Under the pieces are notes generated by a model. It was not told the DNA's origin, ran no database searches, and worked only from the letters and a program-made list of their open reading frames with translations. Below are positions 26,078-39,850 of a stretch of DNA of 64,000 nt, piece by piece (the first letter of the stretch is position 1; each line of letters begins with the position of its first letter). Made by a program: the position numbers and the translations under genes. The DNA is taken from positions 42,160,001 through 42,224,000 of the forward strand of contig OZ024743.1 in the NCBI GenBank assembly GCA_964016885.1, read 5' to 3'. Source of the DNA: Eledone cirrhosa. Lineage: Eukaryota.

Positions 26078-27207
26078 CTTATATGAAATATAAGAATCAA
26101 AGAACTGTTCAAAACATTATTGTGCTTACAGCTGTTTCCTCCAAACCGAGGTTTGGTTTCTTCGGAGCAATTTAGTACCACATATATACTAGTCCAGAAT
26201 TAACCGTCGAAACGGCTTGAGCTCATTCGTCGGGGTCATACTCGTTCCTATTACCCACTCTACTACCCTAAGTATTGAGTACTTTGGTGCGTCATGGTCA
26301 ATCTGGTTGCTTACCATATTTCCTTTGTTATATTGTATATATATATATAACGTAACAGCCTCCTGTATTGAACTAAAGAACACCAGACTACGATCTCTAA
26401 CTGGATTGTCAAACGCTCAATATCGGATTGTCGTGGATTATGTGAGGGGCATATAATCGAAAAATACACTCCCCTGACCATGAAAATGCCGAAGTACATG
26501 TAATACTTGACATCCCTTCGCTGTGCATCTCCAATACTTTTAACACTTTTAATGCTTGCACTATTTTTAATGCTTATAACATTTCTCCACACACAGACTA
26601 TATCAATCATATAAAGAATTTGCCACCAGATCTACCAACCTAACCCTCTTGTTTACCTACCTAAGTGCCTCTACCACACATATCTCTCTGCCACACTATA
26701 TAAACAAGACGCACATGCGTGTCACACATATAACATTTGCACTATATAACCGCTTATCTTCATGTTGTATTTTAACCTGTATTTTTGATTTTTGATTGTA
26801 CCTCTTAATATAAATGTAATCTCGAAGTGTGTACTGCCACTCTAAATTCTGTAATGAATGTTGACCCACAGTGTTTGAATATGTATCAAGGTTTGAATAT
26901 GTATCGGTATGTCTCTCGGCTGAAAAGGAGGTCATATAACTGTCCATGCATTAATAAATTGCTCCAAAGAAACCAAACCTCGGTTTGGAGGAAACAGCTG
27001 TAAGCACAATAATGTTTTGAACAGTTCTTTGATTCTTATATTTCATATAACTGCTCTGTAAATCCTGTGATGTTTTTACATTGAGCTACTTAACTTACTG
27101 GTAATAAGGTAGTAATACATTACTGCCTACCACTATTTAGGGTGTGTGTAAAATACTTATAACTGCATAAGGTTTTGTATTTACATAACCATAAATAGTA
27201 TAACTAA

Positions 27208-27210
<3 letters not shown>
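26078..27210. mobile_element. pLTR-like insertion with inverted short arm and HHR (U4C)
   Basis: 26078-26173 is the reverse complement of ~26956-27050. HHR tgct CCGAAGA aa ccaaacc tc ggtttgg ag GAAA cagctg TA agca at 26123-26169 (-), with a mutated copy at 26960-27006 (+). Another pLTR fragment (26188-26340) interrupts it. Confidence 0.7.
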
Positions 27211-27271
<61 letters not shown>

Positions 27272-27472
27272 CTTCCAACAGTAATGGTTGCATTATTTAA
27301 GGGTATGTCAATATTTATGTACAAAACTGCTCTATATTATATTTTATGTGATGAAAGCACACCATAATTTAACTTGGTGTCCTTGAAATATTTATAATGA
27401 AATAAATATGGTTTTATAAATATAGTTTCCATTTGTTAATATCGTATATATATATATATATATATATATACA

Positions 27473-27544
<72 letters not shown>

Positions 27545-28075
27545 CATACTAATGTGTATATATAACACTTATGTAGTAATGTTTGGCAATGGGTAGATCT
27601 GTTAATTCCTAGTAGCAAACCATGTTGTAATAAGTTAAAATATCTTAGAAGTGGTATATTATTATTGTGGCAGGGACGGTGTTAAATATTTATTTAAAGG
27701 ACAATAGAAGGCCGGACTCGAAAGGGCTTTTTTTTCTTTTTACTTTGCAAATTCCCAATACGTATTTCTATATTTATATGGCCTGGTTACATCATCCCTT
27801 CTGCTGTACATGTTACAAATTATCGAAAATGAATAAATTAATTTAAGTCGAAACAATAGAAACATTTCATGAGTATACGTGTGTATCTTGGAATATTTGC
27901 GTTTATGTATGAATATCGGAGAGCATGTATGAACGTATATATCCGTGTATGTATTTATGTTTAACATGTGTATCTTTTGTATATGTGTATATTGCAGGAT
28001 TAATGCTGATATATTTATTTGTTCTGTTATAATAGACGGATACTGTAGTACAAAAACACATGTCCTTAAATTACC

Positions 28076-28119
<44 letters not shown>

Positions 28120-28274
28120 TCGGGGGGGGGGGTCGTATATGCATATGTATGTATATGTGTATGAGTGTAAAGTGATAGAGAGTGAAAGAAGGTTGAAATA
28201 TTTTACAACGCAAAATTATATCAAAGTATGATTCGTCTTTCATGCCAAGCATGTATATAATTACACAAACATAC

Positions 28275-28314
<40 letters not shown>

Positions 28315-28599
28315 CACATATATATGTGTGTGTGTGTGTGTGTTAGCCTGTGGGTTTGTATGTGCATGTATGTTTTGTATGTATGTATGTATATAGGTTC
28401 GTCTGGTTTCATTATTTTCATACTGTTTCACCAGTAGAAATAGAGAGAGACTCGGGCTGTAACATAGACACTAGACTGGTTTATTGGAATATAGACAACA
28501 TCAACTAGGTAGATCTATATGCATGTCTGCCTGTTTACTTATGTGTGTAGCTATGAATGCAATTGTATGTGTGGATGTGGATGTTTTGAGATATATGTG

Positions 28600-29050
28600 T
28601 ACATGTGAATGTGTTTTCTATCTGTACGTGAGTACATCCAGTTATTAGATGCAGAATTTTTGTAATGTTTTACATATTTTTAATATTCCATTAATTGATT
28701 GAACTCGTAATTTTCTAAACAGACCTGTTCCTTCTTGTTCTGTGAAGCCCAGCCTTTCACGATTTGTACAGGGGCAGGTACTAACATATCCCAGTGCCCC
28801 GTTAATCACAGCTATAAATCTGAAAGTATAGTCAGGGTGGAGAATCTGCAGGTTTCTCATTAGTTTTGCATAGTTATTCTCCTTTCGCTAATATTTAATA
28901 GTATATTTGCATCTGTAGGGAAGGTGATTTCCTCTCCTGTATTTGCCCTTTTTCCCTATCCCACATTATTATATCTGGTCTGTAATACTTGTATTTTATT
29001 GGAGTTTAGACTGGAGCAGAGCATCCCAACAGTACTCATTCATATTTGTA
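28600..29050 (-). mobile_element. Decayed R4/Dong-like RLE fragment
   Basis: MRNLQILHPDYTFRFIAVINGALGY...KICKT aligns by eye with the C-terminus of ORF 14971-15459. Confidence 0.7.
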
Positions 29051-29474
29051 CGTGTATATCTAGCACATCACTGTAAATTGTAATATGTTTGTTTGAATAT
29101 AGGTATATATGTATGTATGCACGTATGTATGTATGTAAGTGCGTGTGTATGTATGTATGTATGTATGAATGTATATATACGTAAATAATACAAACGTGTA
29201 CGATTTCATGTTAAATAAAGGAAAGCTACTTGTTATTACTGTGTTTTCAATAAAAAGGTTATGATGGAAGTATGCGGAATCGGTTAATATTTGTATGATC
29301 AGGAAATCCTTTGAAGATACCGTATCGCGTTCTCAGTGAACGATTCTTTACCGCCGAATGGACAGACGAATAGGTGCAAACAGCAATACGTATTCATGCT
29401 TGCATGCACATATACACACAGACAAATAAAGAATACACGCATTCACACACTCACACATATGCGCTTTCCTTCTG

Positions 29475-29526
<52 letters not shown>

Positions 29527-29528
29527 GT

Positions 29529-29614
<86 letters not shown>

Positions 29615-29653
29615 CTGTGCCTGTGCGTGTGTGTATATATATATCAAATATAC

Positions 29654-29688
<35 letters not shown>

Positions 29689-30372
29689 CGTGCTCAAGCT
29701 CACTCATATAGACCTGCCCGCACACACACACATGCACGCACTTATACACATTCTACAAGCAGACGTTTCTATTCTTTATAATTCTTTATTTATATAAGTA
29801 AAGTATTATATTATTCGGTTGCATTCTATAACATGTATGAGTTAAATTAAGCATTTTATTATAGTGATTGCAATATGATACTTTACAATGTAAAATGATT
29901 TGGGGCTGTTAACTCTAATAATAACAATGAAAGTAATACTGTGAAATACCTTTTGTGAAAGATATTGTACTTATAACTGCCAGAACTATATTTCATAGAA
30001 ATGAATTTGTTAGCTCTTATATCCAAAAATATTTTGAAAATGTATGTGCATACAATAGTTATATGTCTCTTGTTTTTATCTTTGTCTATTTTTCTCTTCA
30101 TTTTTCTTTTTTCTTTTCTTTTTTTTTTTGCTTTTCCTTCTTCACCAAGCTCTGAAACACAGGAATCACTAAATCAGTTTTGAAAGCGCATACAATTCAT
30201 TACAAATCTTTCTATTTATTACGTTCATAATATCTCAGCATTGTATTCAATTCAGACAGGAAGAAGGCAAATAGCGAGTCAGTGGCGTATATTTAACTCA
30301 TCCTGTTCATTCTGCTTGTTATGATCGAATATCTCCTGCGTTCTTATAATTCAATCTGATATAATAGTCTGC

Positions 30373-30515
<143 letters not shown>

Positions 30516-33500
30516 TATGGGTGTGCGTGTGTATGTGTGTGTATGTGTGTGTGAGTGTGAGTGAGAGAGTGTGCGTGTGTGTATGTATATATATATGTGT
30601 GTTTGTGTTTCAATATAGCATGAATCGATATGTGAGGAATACTGTGCACACGGTAATGCTAATATTAATGTTTCTGAAATCAATATCGCTTTTGTTGTTT
30701 GTTTTCATTATTTTCCTTATTATATTTTTAATAATTTTTTTTTCATTTGTCTTCTGGTTTTATTTTGTGTTTCTCTTATTTTGTTTCCGCCATTTTTTCC
30801 TGTTCAGCATTGAGTTTATCTAGAGTTGGTGCAAATATATAATCGGCTTCTCCTGTCGAATTCATTTAGATTACCGGATATACACATAGTGTCGGTAAAA
30901 TGACTACGTGACACGATGTATTTTGCTCACTGGTAACGTGTTCCATTATTGCCTATGTTTTCCGGGACGTGAAAGTGGTTTATAGCAACAATATGGTTGC
31001 CATAATCTACTTGTTGTGGAGACGATGGTCATCAATGCGTGTAATTTATTTCACGTGGACGATTGTGTGAGCTTACTATGCAGACTGTTACAGTTGGTTT
31101 AATAATGGTCCCACTGAATTTCTACTGACTAAATTCTTCTCATTAGGAAAAGGTCGGGTGTTCTGAATGATATGGTATAGCTATAGTGATTAGAATGAAC
31201 GCTTCCTAATTGTTATTTTGATTCTATCTTTCACAAAAGTAGTCAGATCATCAGTTAGGCACCCGTTAAATATGAACCCAATGGATTTTAAATTGCTGAC
31301 AATATCTGCGGTTTGCAACTCCTGCCAAAATCGTTAGTGCGTTTCCTGTGATTGAAAATGCAATTTGAAATAAAAAACAACCGGAGCGATTCTTTAAAAG
31401 TGCAGCCAACTGGACTGGTACATTATTTATCAATCCGATGGTAGAGCGTCTTATTATAGAGATGTAGCTGAAGTCAGTAACAAGCATAGCAATTAGCCTT
31501 TTGCTGAATATTTTAACACATCTAATTACTCTTCTGAGAAAATGTTTTGATTTGTGCTTGGCTTTTTTTAACGATGTTAAAATAATTCACGTAGTATTTT
31601 CAAATCATATTATAATATTTAGTAATATTGCAAGTGGTGTAAGAAAACATTTGTATTTCCTTCTTCTCAGAGTTTTACTTGTCTGGCAAGTGACTTGATT
31701 TGAAAACATCCGTTTAAACATCTTGGTAATGTCATTCAATTTTACATTAAACTCTACAAATCACATTATATATACAACATATACGACATTGATACCAAAA
31801 CTTTTGCATCAACATGTTATGTATCCTTCCAGCAATTAAAACATTGCATTAGGCCAGGATATATCTTTTCAGTGATAATATATATTTATACAATAAATGA
31901 TGAATATATCAGTGATGAATTTGTGATGAATTGTGTCTGAGACATCTATAAAACAACGTAAATGTTGCTAGAAAATTTGATAAATAGTACATTACTTAAA
32001 CACTTGTAATTTGAAACCATATGAGACAACAACCCACAGCTTTAGATAATCCTGTATTTCATCGATTATATATATATTCTCTTGATAACAATATTTGTTG
32101 CGCATATCTAACTGGTAGGGAATTGGTACTTGACTTTTAAAATCGATTCAGGTTGACAAAGTTTGTGTTTCCTCTCAAAACTATTTGTCTAACCATGATA
32201 ATACACAGAGCACTAAATAAACAATTTCATCAGGAAGAAACAGCGATATATACTGGCAGACAAAGCAGATCTTGCAGTATTATCACAAGAAAAGATTCGC
32301 ATATCTTCCTAGCGTTTGAATGCATCGATTACGATAAAATGAAGATGGTTATGATGATTAAGATTGTTATAATAAGGGAGCTGATTGTTTTTGTTGTGGC
32401 CACTATATACATTTATAAGTAATATTTACAAAAAATACGGTGTGTGTTCAATTATTTTAAACAAAATATAGAAGGTCGACTGATTCAGACTAATAATATT
32501 TTCAAAGCAGGGGTTACGTTTTCATTATTAAATGTCAGTCGTCTTAATGATATTCAGTATATATGATGTAGAGACGAGTATGTATGCGTTCTATATCTGG
32601 TGTTATCAAAATTATTTGATAATGAAAGATGAAGACTAAAATATGTGTTTGTAACAGAAAGAAAATTGATTGCTTCTCACCAGGTTTTGCAGTACCTCTC
32701 TTATTATGAAGAATCAGAGAAAGGAAGAGGGCATTTTCAATAATAGACGATTACAGTAATTTTCCTAACACCTCATTTCCGTTAGCCATGTCACCAATAC
32801 TAGTTCGTTAACTGAGTGTCAAGAGAAAATTAACGGTTGCCGAAACTTGGATTCTATAAAGTAGTTTTTTTTTTCCGCAGGTTGGTTTGGTTATTCCGGA
32901 GTAAATTAAAATAAACTAAAATGAATAAGTCAAATATTTAAAATTAGGCTTCGTTTATTACTGCTATATATATTTCGGTGACAGCCATATTTGGCTGTGA
33001 CCTCTTCAGGCCGTCCGAATTAGTGTGGTAGAGACGAGTACACATGTTGTTGAGGTGTTTAATTTTGTCAATACTCTGATATGCCCAGTTCCTGGTTGGG
33101 TTGTTGTTTCTATGAGGAACTGGAATCATATGAATTTAGACAAACGTATTTCAGCGTCAGAGGACATCCTCTCCTCCCATTGGTCAGTTGTGAGAACATT
33201 CCTCAGTGAAAAGTCTATAAAAATTATTTCTGAGGCGAGGCAATCTGTAGTGGTTGTTTTTGTTATTGTTAAGTACATCTGACCTCTATTTCTGACACCA
33301 TTTCTCGTGGTGGTGGTGGTGGTGGTCTATTGGTGGGGGGCTAAGCATATGAAGAAATAAAAGGCAATAAGATGAAGAAAATAAAAAATAAATAATAAAT
33401 AATAAAAAAAAATAATTGAATGAAATGAAAAGGTAAAAGACTAAAAAATACGAATAAAATAAAGAAAACTGGTGTAAAATAAAATAAAATAAAATCAGAT

Positions 33501-33522
33501 AGGATAAAATAAAATAATATAA

Positions 33523-33840
33523 GATAATTGTTTCTACTATTGGCACAAGGCCAGCAATTATCCCAGTGCATTACTGGTACTTTGTTTTATCGACCCCGTA
33601 AGGATGAAAGGCAAAGTCAACCTCGGCGGGATTTGAACTCAGATCGTAAAGGGAAGTAACTATGCTGGAAAGCATGGTGTCCGACCCTCTACCGATAATA
33701 ATATAAGATAATTGTTTCTACTTTTGGCACAAGGCCAGCAATTAACCCAGTGTATTACTGGTACTTTATTTTATCGACCCCGAAAGGATGAAAGGCAAAG
33801 TTAACCTCGGCGGGATTTGAACTCAGAATGGCAAGGACCG
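33523..33840 (-). mobile_element. Two tandem tRNA-SINE copies
   Basis: ataattgtttctac...gatttgaactcag occurs twice. Confidence 0.85.
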
Positions 33841-34427
33841 TTAATATAAGCAAATAAGTAAACAAAAAAAATGATAAAATGGTAGCAGGAATAAGATGTA
33901 AAACAATAAAATAAGATAATCAAATAAAATGTGTGTGTGTTTTAACCAATCTCAAAGTTAGAAAGATTTGGAAGATCCTCTCCTCCCATTGGTCAGTTGT
34001 GAGACTATTCCTCAGTCAAAAGTGTATAGAAATTCTTTCTGAGGTGAGGCGATCCGTCGTGTTTGGTTTTTGCTATTGTTCAGTACACCTGACCTCCACC
34101 CTGATGTTGGCATTGGTGTTGATGCTGCGGTCAGCATAAGTCTTGCTGTCACTGATTTTAGAAGGATCTGTGTGTTTGTGTTGGCTTCCATCCTACCACT
34201 ATTTCTTGTGGTGGTGGTGGTGGGTGGTTGTGCCAAGCATATGAAGAAATAAAATAAAAAATAAAGAATGAATAAAGAATTAAAATTTAAAAAATGAAAA
34301 AAATGAAGAGAACAATAGAATGAAATGAAAAGGTAAAAGACTAAAAAATAAGAAATAAGAATAAAAAAAAAATAAAGAAGTAAAGTAGAGTAAAATGAAA
34401 TAAAATAATATAAAATAAAATAAAATA

Positions 34428-34808
34428 ATATAATTGTTTCTACGTTAGGCACAAAGCCAGCAAATACCCATTGTATTACTGGTACTTTATTTTATCGACC
34501 CCGTAAGGATGAAAGGCAAAGTTAACCTTGGCGAGATTTGAACTCAGAATGGCAACGGCCGTAACTCTATGCGTCAAACATGGCGTCCGACCCTCTACCG
34601 ATACTGCCAATGAAATAATATAATTGTTTCTACTTTAGGCACAAGGCCAGCAATTACCGAGTGCATTACTGGTACTTTATTGTATCGACCCCGTAAGGAT
34701 GACAGTCAAAATCAACCTCGGCGGGATTTGAAATCAGATCGTAAAGGGACGTAACTATGCTGGAAAGCATGGCGTCCGACCCTCTACCGATACTGCCAAT
34801 CAACCGCC
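34428..34808 (-). mobile_element. Two tandem tRNA-SINE copies
   Basis: Same family as 5641-5825. Confidence 0.85.
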
Positions 34809-37043
34809 AATGAAATGATATAATATAAGCAAATAAGTAAACAAAAAAGTGATAAAATTGTAGAAGGAATAAGATGATAAAAGAATAAAATAAGATATTC
34901 AAATAAAATGTGTGTGTGTTATAACCAATTTCAAAGTTAGAAAGATTGGAAGATGTTGGCCAAATTAGAAAGGCTGTTAGTCAGAATCAATCTCTAGACT
35001 ATCAGGAGCAGACACCTCAGAGCCGGGACCTTCCTCAAGCTATACAGATAATAACAAAACATGCAGCCCCACCATACCGCCTGCTCCGATCGACCCCTGC
35101 GACAACACATACCTATGCATATGTCCATACATGGATACTGTTATTTATGATTGTACATGGACAGATATCTACATGTGTGAGTGCGGTTGGGTGGGTGCGC
35201 ATGGGGATGTACGTGTACGTGTGTGTATGCGGGTGGTGTGGGTGTGTGGGTTTAGAGTGGGGTCATGGGGTATATATATGCGTGTGTGTGGGTGTGCATA
35301 TGCGTGTGTGTGGGTGTGAGCATAGTGGATGCAACAGGACCTGTGCGCGTATGCTTGGAACGATGTGAGTTGACGGACACGGATATGAGCTCCATGCAAA
35401 AATGGGAACTGTAGTCCACCGCATTTCCGGATTTCGACACCCGGGTTATGGGCTATTACACTCCACCTTTGTCTCACCTGCTCTTAATATGCAACACACC
35501 ATGATAGCCTAGACATTGATTCTGACACAGCCTTTCTAATTTGGCCAACATCTTCCAAATCTTTCTAACTTTGAGATTGTTTATAACACACACACATTTT
35601 ATTTAAATATCTTGTTATTCTTTTATCATCATATTCCTTCTACCATGTTATCATCTTTTTTAATTATTTGCTTATATTATATTATTTTATTTTATTTTAT
35701 ATTATTTTATTTCATTTTACTCTACTTTACTTCTTTATTTCTTTATTTTATTCTTATTTCTTATTTTTTAGTCTTTTACCTTTTCATTTCATTCTATTGT
35801 TCTCTTCATTTTTTTAAAAATTCTTTGTTCTTTATTTATTTTATTTTATTTTATTCATTTTATTGCCTTTTATTTCTTCATATGATTGGCACCCCCCCCC
35901 CCCCCAATATCCCCCCCACCCCCACACTCCAACCACCACCACAAGAAATAGTGGCATATGGATACCGACACGCAGGTCCTTCTAAAATTAGTGACAGCAA
36001 GACTTAAGCTGACCGCAGCATCAACACCAATGCCAACATCAGGGTGGAGGTCAGGTGTACTTTACAATAGCAAAAACAAACACTACAGATCGCCTCACCT
36101 CAGAAAGAATTTCTATAGAGTTTGACTGAGGAATGTTCTCACAACTGACCAATGGGAGGAGAGGATCTTCCAAATCTTTCTAACTTTGAGATTGGATATA
36201 ACACACACACATTTTATTTGATTATCTTATTTTATTCTTTTAACATCTTATTCCTTCTACCATTTTATCATTTTTTTTGTTTACTTATTTGCTTATATTA
36301 TCTTATATCATTTTATTCTATCTTATTTTATTTTATTTTACTCTACCTTTCTTTATTGTATTCGTGTTTTTTATTCTTTTACGTTTTCATTCCATTCTAT
36401 TATTTTTTTATTATTTATTATTTATTGTTTATTTTTAATTTTCTACATCTTATTGCTTTTTATTTCTTCATATGCTTGGCACTCCCCCCCCCCCCCCAAC
36501 ACCACCAAAACCACCACCAGGAGAGATGGTGGCACGATAGATGCCAACACAAACACACAGGTCCATCTAAAATCAACAGCAAAGGACTTAAATCTGACAC
36601 CAGCACCAACAACACTACCAGCATAAGGGTAGAGGTCAGATGTACTTAACAATAACAAAAACAACAAACTACAGATTGCCTAGCCCCAGAAATAATTTCT
36701 ATTGACTTTTGACTGAGGAATGTTCTCACAACTGACCAATGGGAGGAGAGGATGTTTTTTGACGCAGAAATTCGTTTGTTTAAATTCATATGATTCCAGT
36801 TCCTCATAGAAACAACAACCCAGCCATTAACTGGGCATATCAGAGTATTGACAAAGTTAAACACCTCAACAACATGTGTAATCTTCTCTACCACACTAAT
36901 TCGGACTGCCTGAAGTGGTCACAGCCAAAGATGGCTGTCACCGAAATATATATAGCAGTAATAAACGAACACTAATTTTAAATATTTGACTTATTTATTT
37001 TATTTTATTTTATATATATATATATAAAGAGAGAGAGAGAAAG

Positions 37044-37090
<47 letters not shown>

Positions 37091-37327
37091 GAGAGAGAGA
37101 GAGAGATGTGTAGGATGTTTAAGCGTAGAAAACCATTGCTATTTCAATGGATTACTATAGAATAGTATATCAAAATCGGGGAAATGCATTTAGTGAGGGA
37201 AAATAAGTAGCGAGCGGCCGCTACATTGAGTAGTACTTCGTAATATCTCAGTCAGCAATAGATTGCTCTCACCATTGAGCTAAAGTAAAGGAAATCTGAC
37301 AACTTCTTACCGTCTAAATTAGGGAGC

Positions 37328-37509
<182 letters not shown>

Positions 37510-37710
37510 TATATAATGATAATAATAAAAGTGAAGACTAAAATCCAAAGAGGGCTCGATAAGGAAAATATATATCAGATATATAAGAACCGAAGAGCAA
37601 ATATTTATTAAAATAACAGTTAAAGTTTAAGCAAAGAATCGCTGCTTTCCCGTTAAGGGTGAAAGCAGCGATTCTTTGCTTAAACTTTAATCTGTTATTT
37701 TAATAAATAC
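37510..37710. repeat. Head-to-head pLTR 3' fragments (family of 43165-44740)
   Basis: aatcgctgcttt | cccgttaagggtgaaagcagcgatt; the strand switch falls at HHR helix II. Other fragments of this family lie at ~4725-4820, 25960-26078 and 59235-59312. Confidence 0.8.
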
Positions 37711-38196
37711 ATATATATATATATATATATGTGTGTATATATATATATATGTGTATGGGGGGGGTGTTTTGTGTGTGTATATATATACATGTGTGTGAGA
37801 TTTGGGTGGCTGTGCGTAAGCATGTACCATGAAATAAATACCCAAGATAAATTCTCCGTGCTCGGCTCATAATATTTCAGTGAGCAAATTTAACGAACCT
37901 TCTCATCAATTATGAATTTTGTTAAGCAAATCCGACATAATGCATGAAAGTGATTGTATAGAGAACAGATGCAATACTGCATCAATATGGCAAAGTTGTA
38001 GGGAAAACATATATTTCAGCTAAAGTAAGCAAATAAATCCTTATGATCTATTAAATATATATAAGATGTGTCTCTATGCAATTTCACCGATCTGACTCAT
38101 ATATTGCATAATTATTTTTGCGCCATAAACGAAGAAAAGAATGAATCTTCGTTTTAGGAAATAACCCTTAAAAAATCACGTCATTATGAATAGAAT

Positions 38197-38297
38197 CCCG
38201 TCGAGGTTGACTTTGCCTTTCATCCTTAGGGGGTCGATAAAATAAAGTACCAGTAATGCACTGGGTAATTGCTGGCCCTGTGCCTAAAGTAGAAACA
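38197..38297 (+). mobile_element. 5'-truncated tRNA-SINE with target-site duplication
   Basis: SINE 3' half flanked by the direct repeat attatgaatagaat. Confidence 0.8.
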
Positions 38298-38599
38298 ATT
38301 ATGAATAGAATACTCACAAGGTACGACATGCAAAACACGCCGTTATTAGTCCATCTTTCATCAAGTCACAGTATATCAAAGGGCTATAATGAGAGATTTG
38401 TGGAAAAGAAAAAAATATATATTAGCAAAAAGGCGAAAAAAGTATACCAAGATGTATATGTTGTGTACGTAACATTAAAAATTAAACGACCAACGCTTCG
38501 CTGTGATATTAGAAACTCTATTAAAGGTTATAAGATTTTCAGAAAAACAACTAGTTAATATAGCGAGTGCTAGGAATTTATAACATTATCATAGTAATA

Positions 38600-39850
38600 A
38601 AAATAAAATGGAATATTAAAAGATCTATAAAAATTACGGGAATATCGGAGAAAATTATAATATAAAAATTATAGATGATAAAATTATTGTTATAGACTTT
38701 TATATTTACCATGATGAAAATAATTAACATTAATTAGGGTACTGAAGTGCTAGTGACGCGTATGATGTTGTATCTTTTCACATCCAAGTATATATATCTG
38801 AATAGAAATATATTGAGAAATCACGAGCTTTACTCTCATGAATATTAGTCAGGCGGTATTTAGGAAAGGAAAAGAATATATCTTTTAGGAAGAATTAGGC
38901 ACTACAGAATAATTACTCACCGGACAGAGTAGACCTTATCATAAACCTAATAAAAATTGACATTATGTCCTAACCACTTCAGAATAATTATTAATTCTAT
39001 AGTTAAAGTCTTTTAAAAAGTGATTTCTAAATTTGCAACAAATTTAGAAATAGTTAACTAGAATGCCGTTCATTATGAGACATTAACTAGGCAACTTATA
39101 CTGATAATAAACATAAGTTTTCGAGGAAGTTTAAAAACAACGCACTCTCCCCTGTAATATAGGTATAATATGTAGATCAATTTTCGGTAATTCTGGATTA
39201 AAAACAAAACAGAGGAGATATTTTATCTAAAGCATTCAATTCAGGTAAAAGTCATACCAAACGGAGGCAGTCATAAAAATCTATCTATCGACATTTTATC
39301 AATTGGAAAAATATCAAGCTTGTGAAGTAAACTTAAATTTAGATATTATTAACTTAAACCCAGCAATAGTTAATGTGCTTAACACCAGGTATATTAAGGG
39401 GGAATGTAATAATGATCTAATGGAAAATAATGATTAAGTACTAACAAACATAATTTAACGACGAAACATTACTTGGAATCCAGATATTGTCAAACTTCCA
39501 CAATCTGTTGCCTTAAACCGGCCACCAAGATTTCCCATTTGTGAATATATAACAGAGGGTAATTAAGAACATCACAATTAAAATATAACTATATTATGTC
39601 AGATGGTAGGTCGAATATAGAAATATGTCTTAATCAATGCCCTCTTGTATGATTTTGAGGGAGAATGCTGTGTACAAATATACCGTTACAAGGCCAAATT
39701 TATGCACATATATATAGGAGCCACACCAATTTCTTTTACGAAGCGGTACTACATACATTCTGTTTGAAAAGAAAAATCTACATCACTAGAAATGGGTTTG
39801 GGTTATAGTGCAATATTCGTTCTATGGAATAGTTTGAAATTGCAATGTCT
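38600..39850 (+). mobile_element. Highly decayed Penelope-like ORF remnant
   Basis: Remnants PYHKPNKN (~38935) and YIGATPISFTKRYYIH (~39710) match the YRKPN and GIY-YIG motifs of the other PLEs. Confidence 0.55.

Larger units (their letters stand above)
32921..37005. repeat. Large inverted duplication with internal tandem duplication, ~550 bp spacer and HHRs at both outer ends (PLE-like)
   Basis: 32921-34977 mirrors 35527-37000. HHR (a/c)ctgc-type CTGAAGA ggtcacagcc...ggctgtcacc GAAA tatata TA gcagt at 32960-33014 (-), and at 36905-36959 (+) with A9U. Confidence 0.85.

Noticed and set aside
36600-36800. Possible GIY-YIG C-terminal remnant (RSDVLNN...IA) within the large inverted repeat
   Set aside because: Too degenerate to call from the translation alone.
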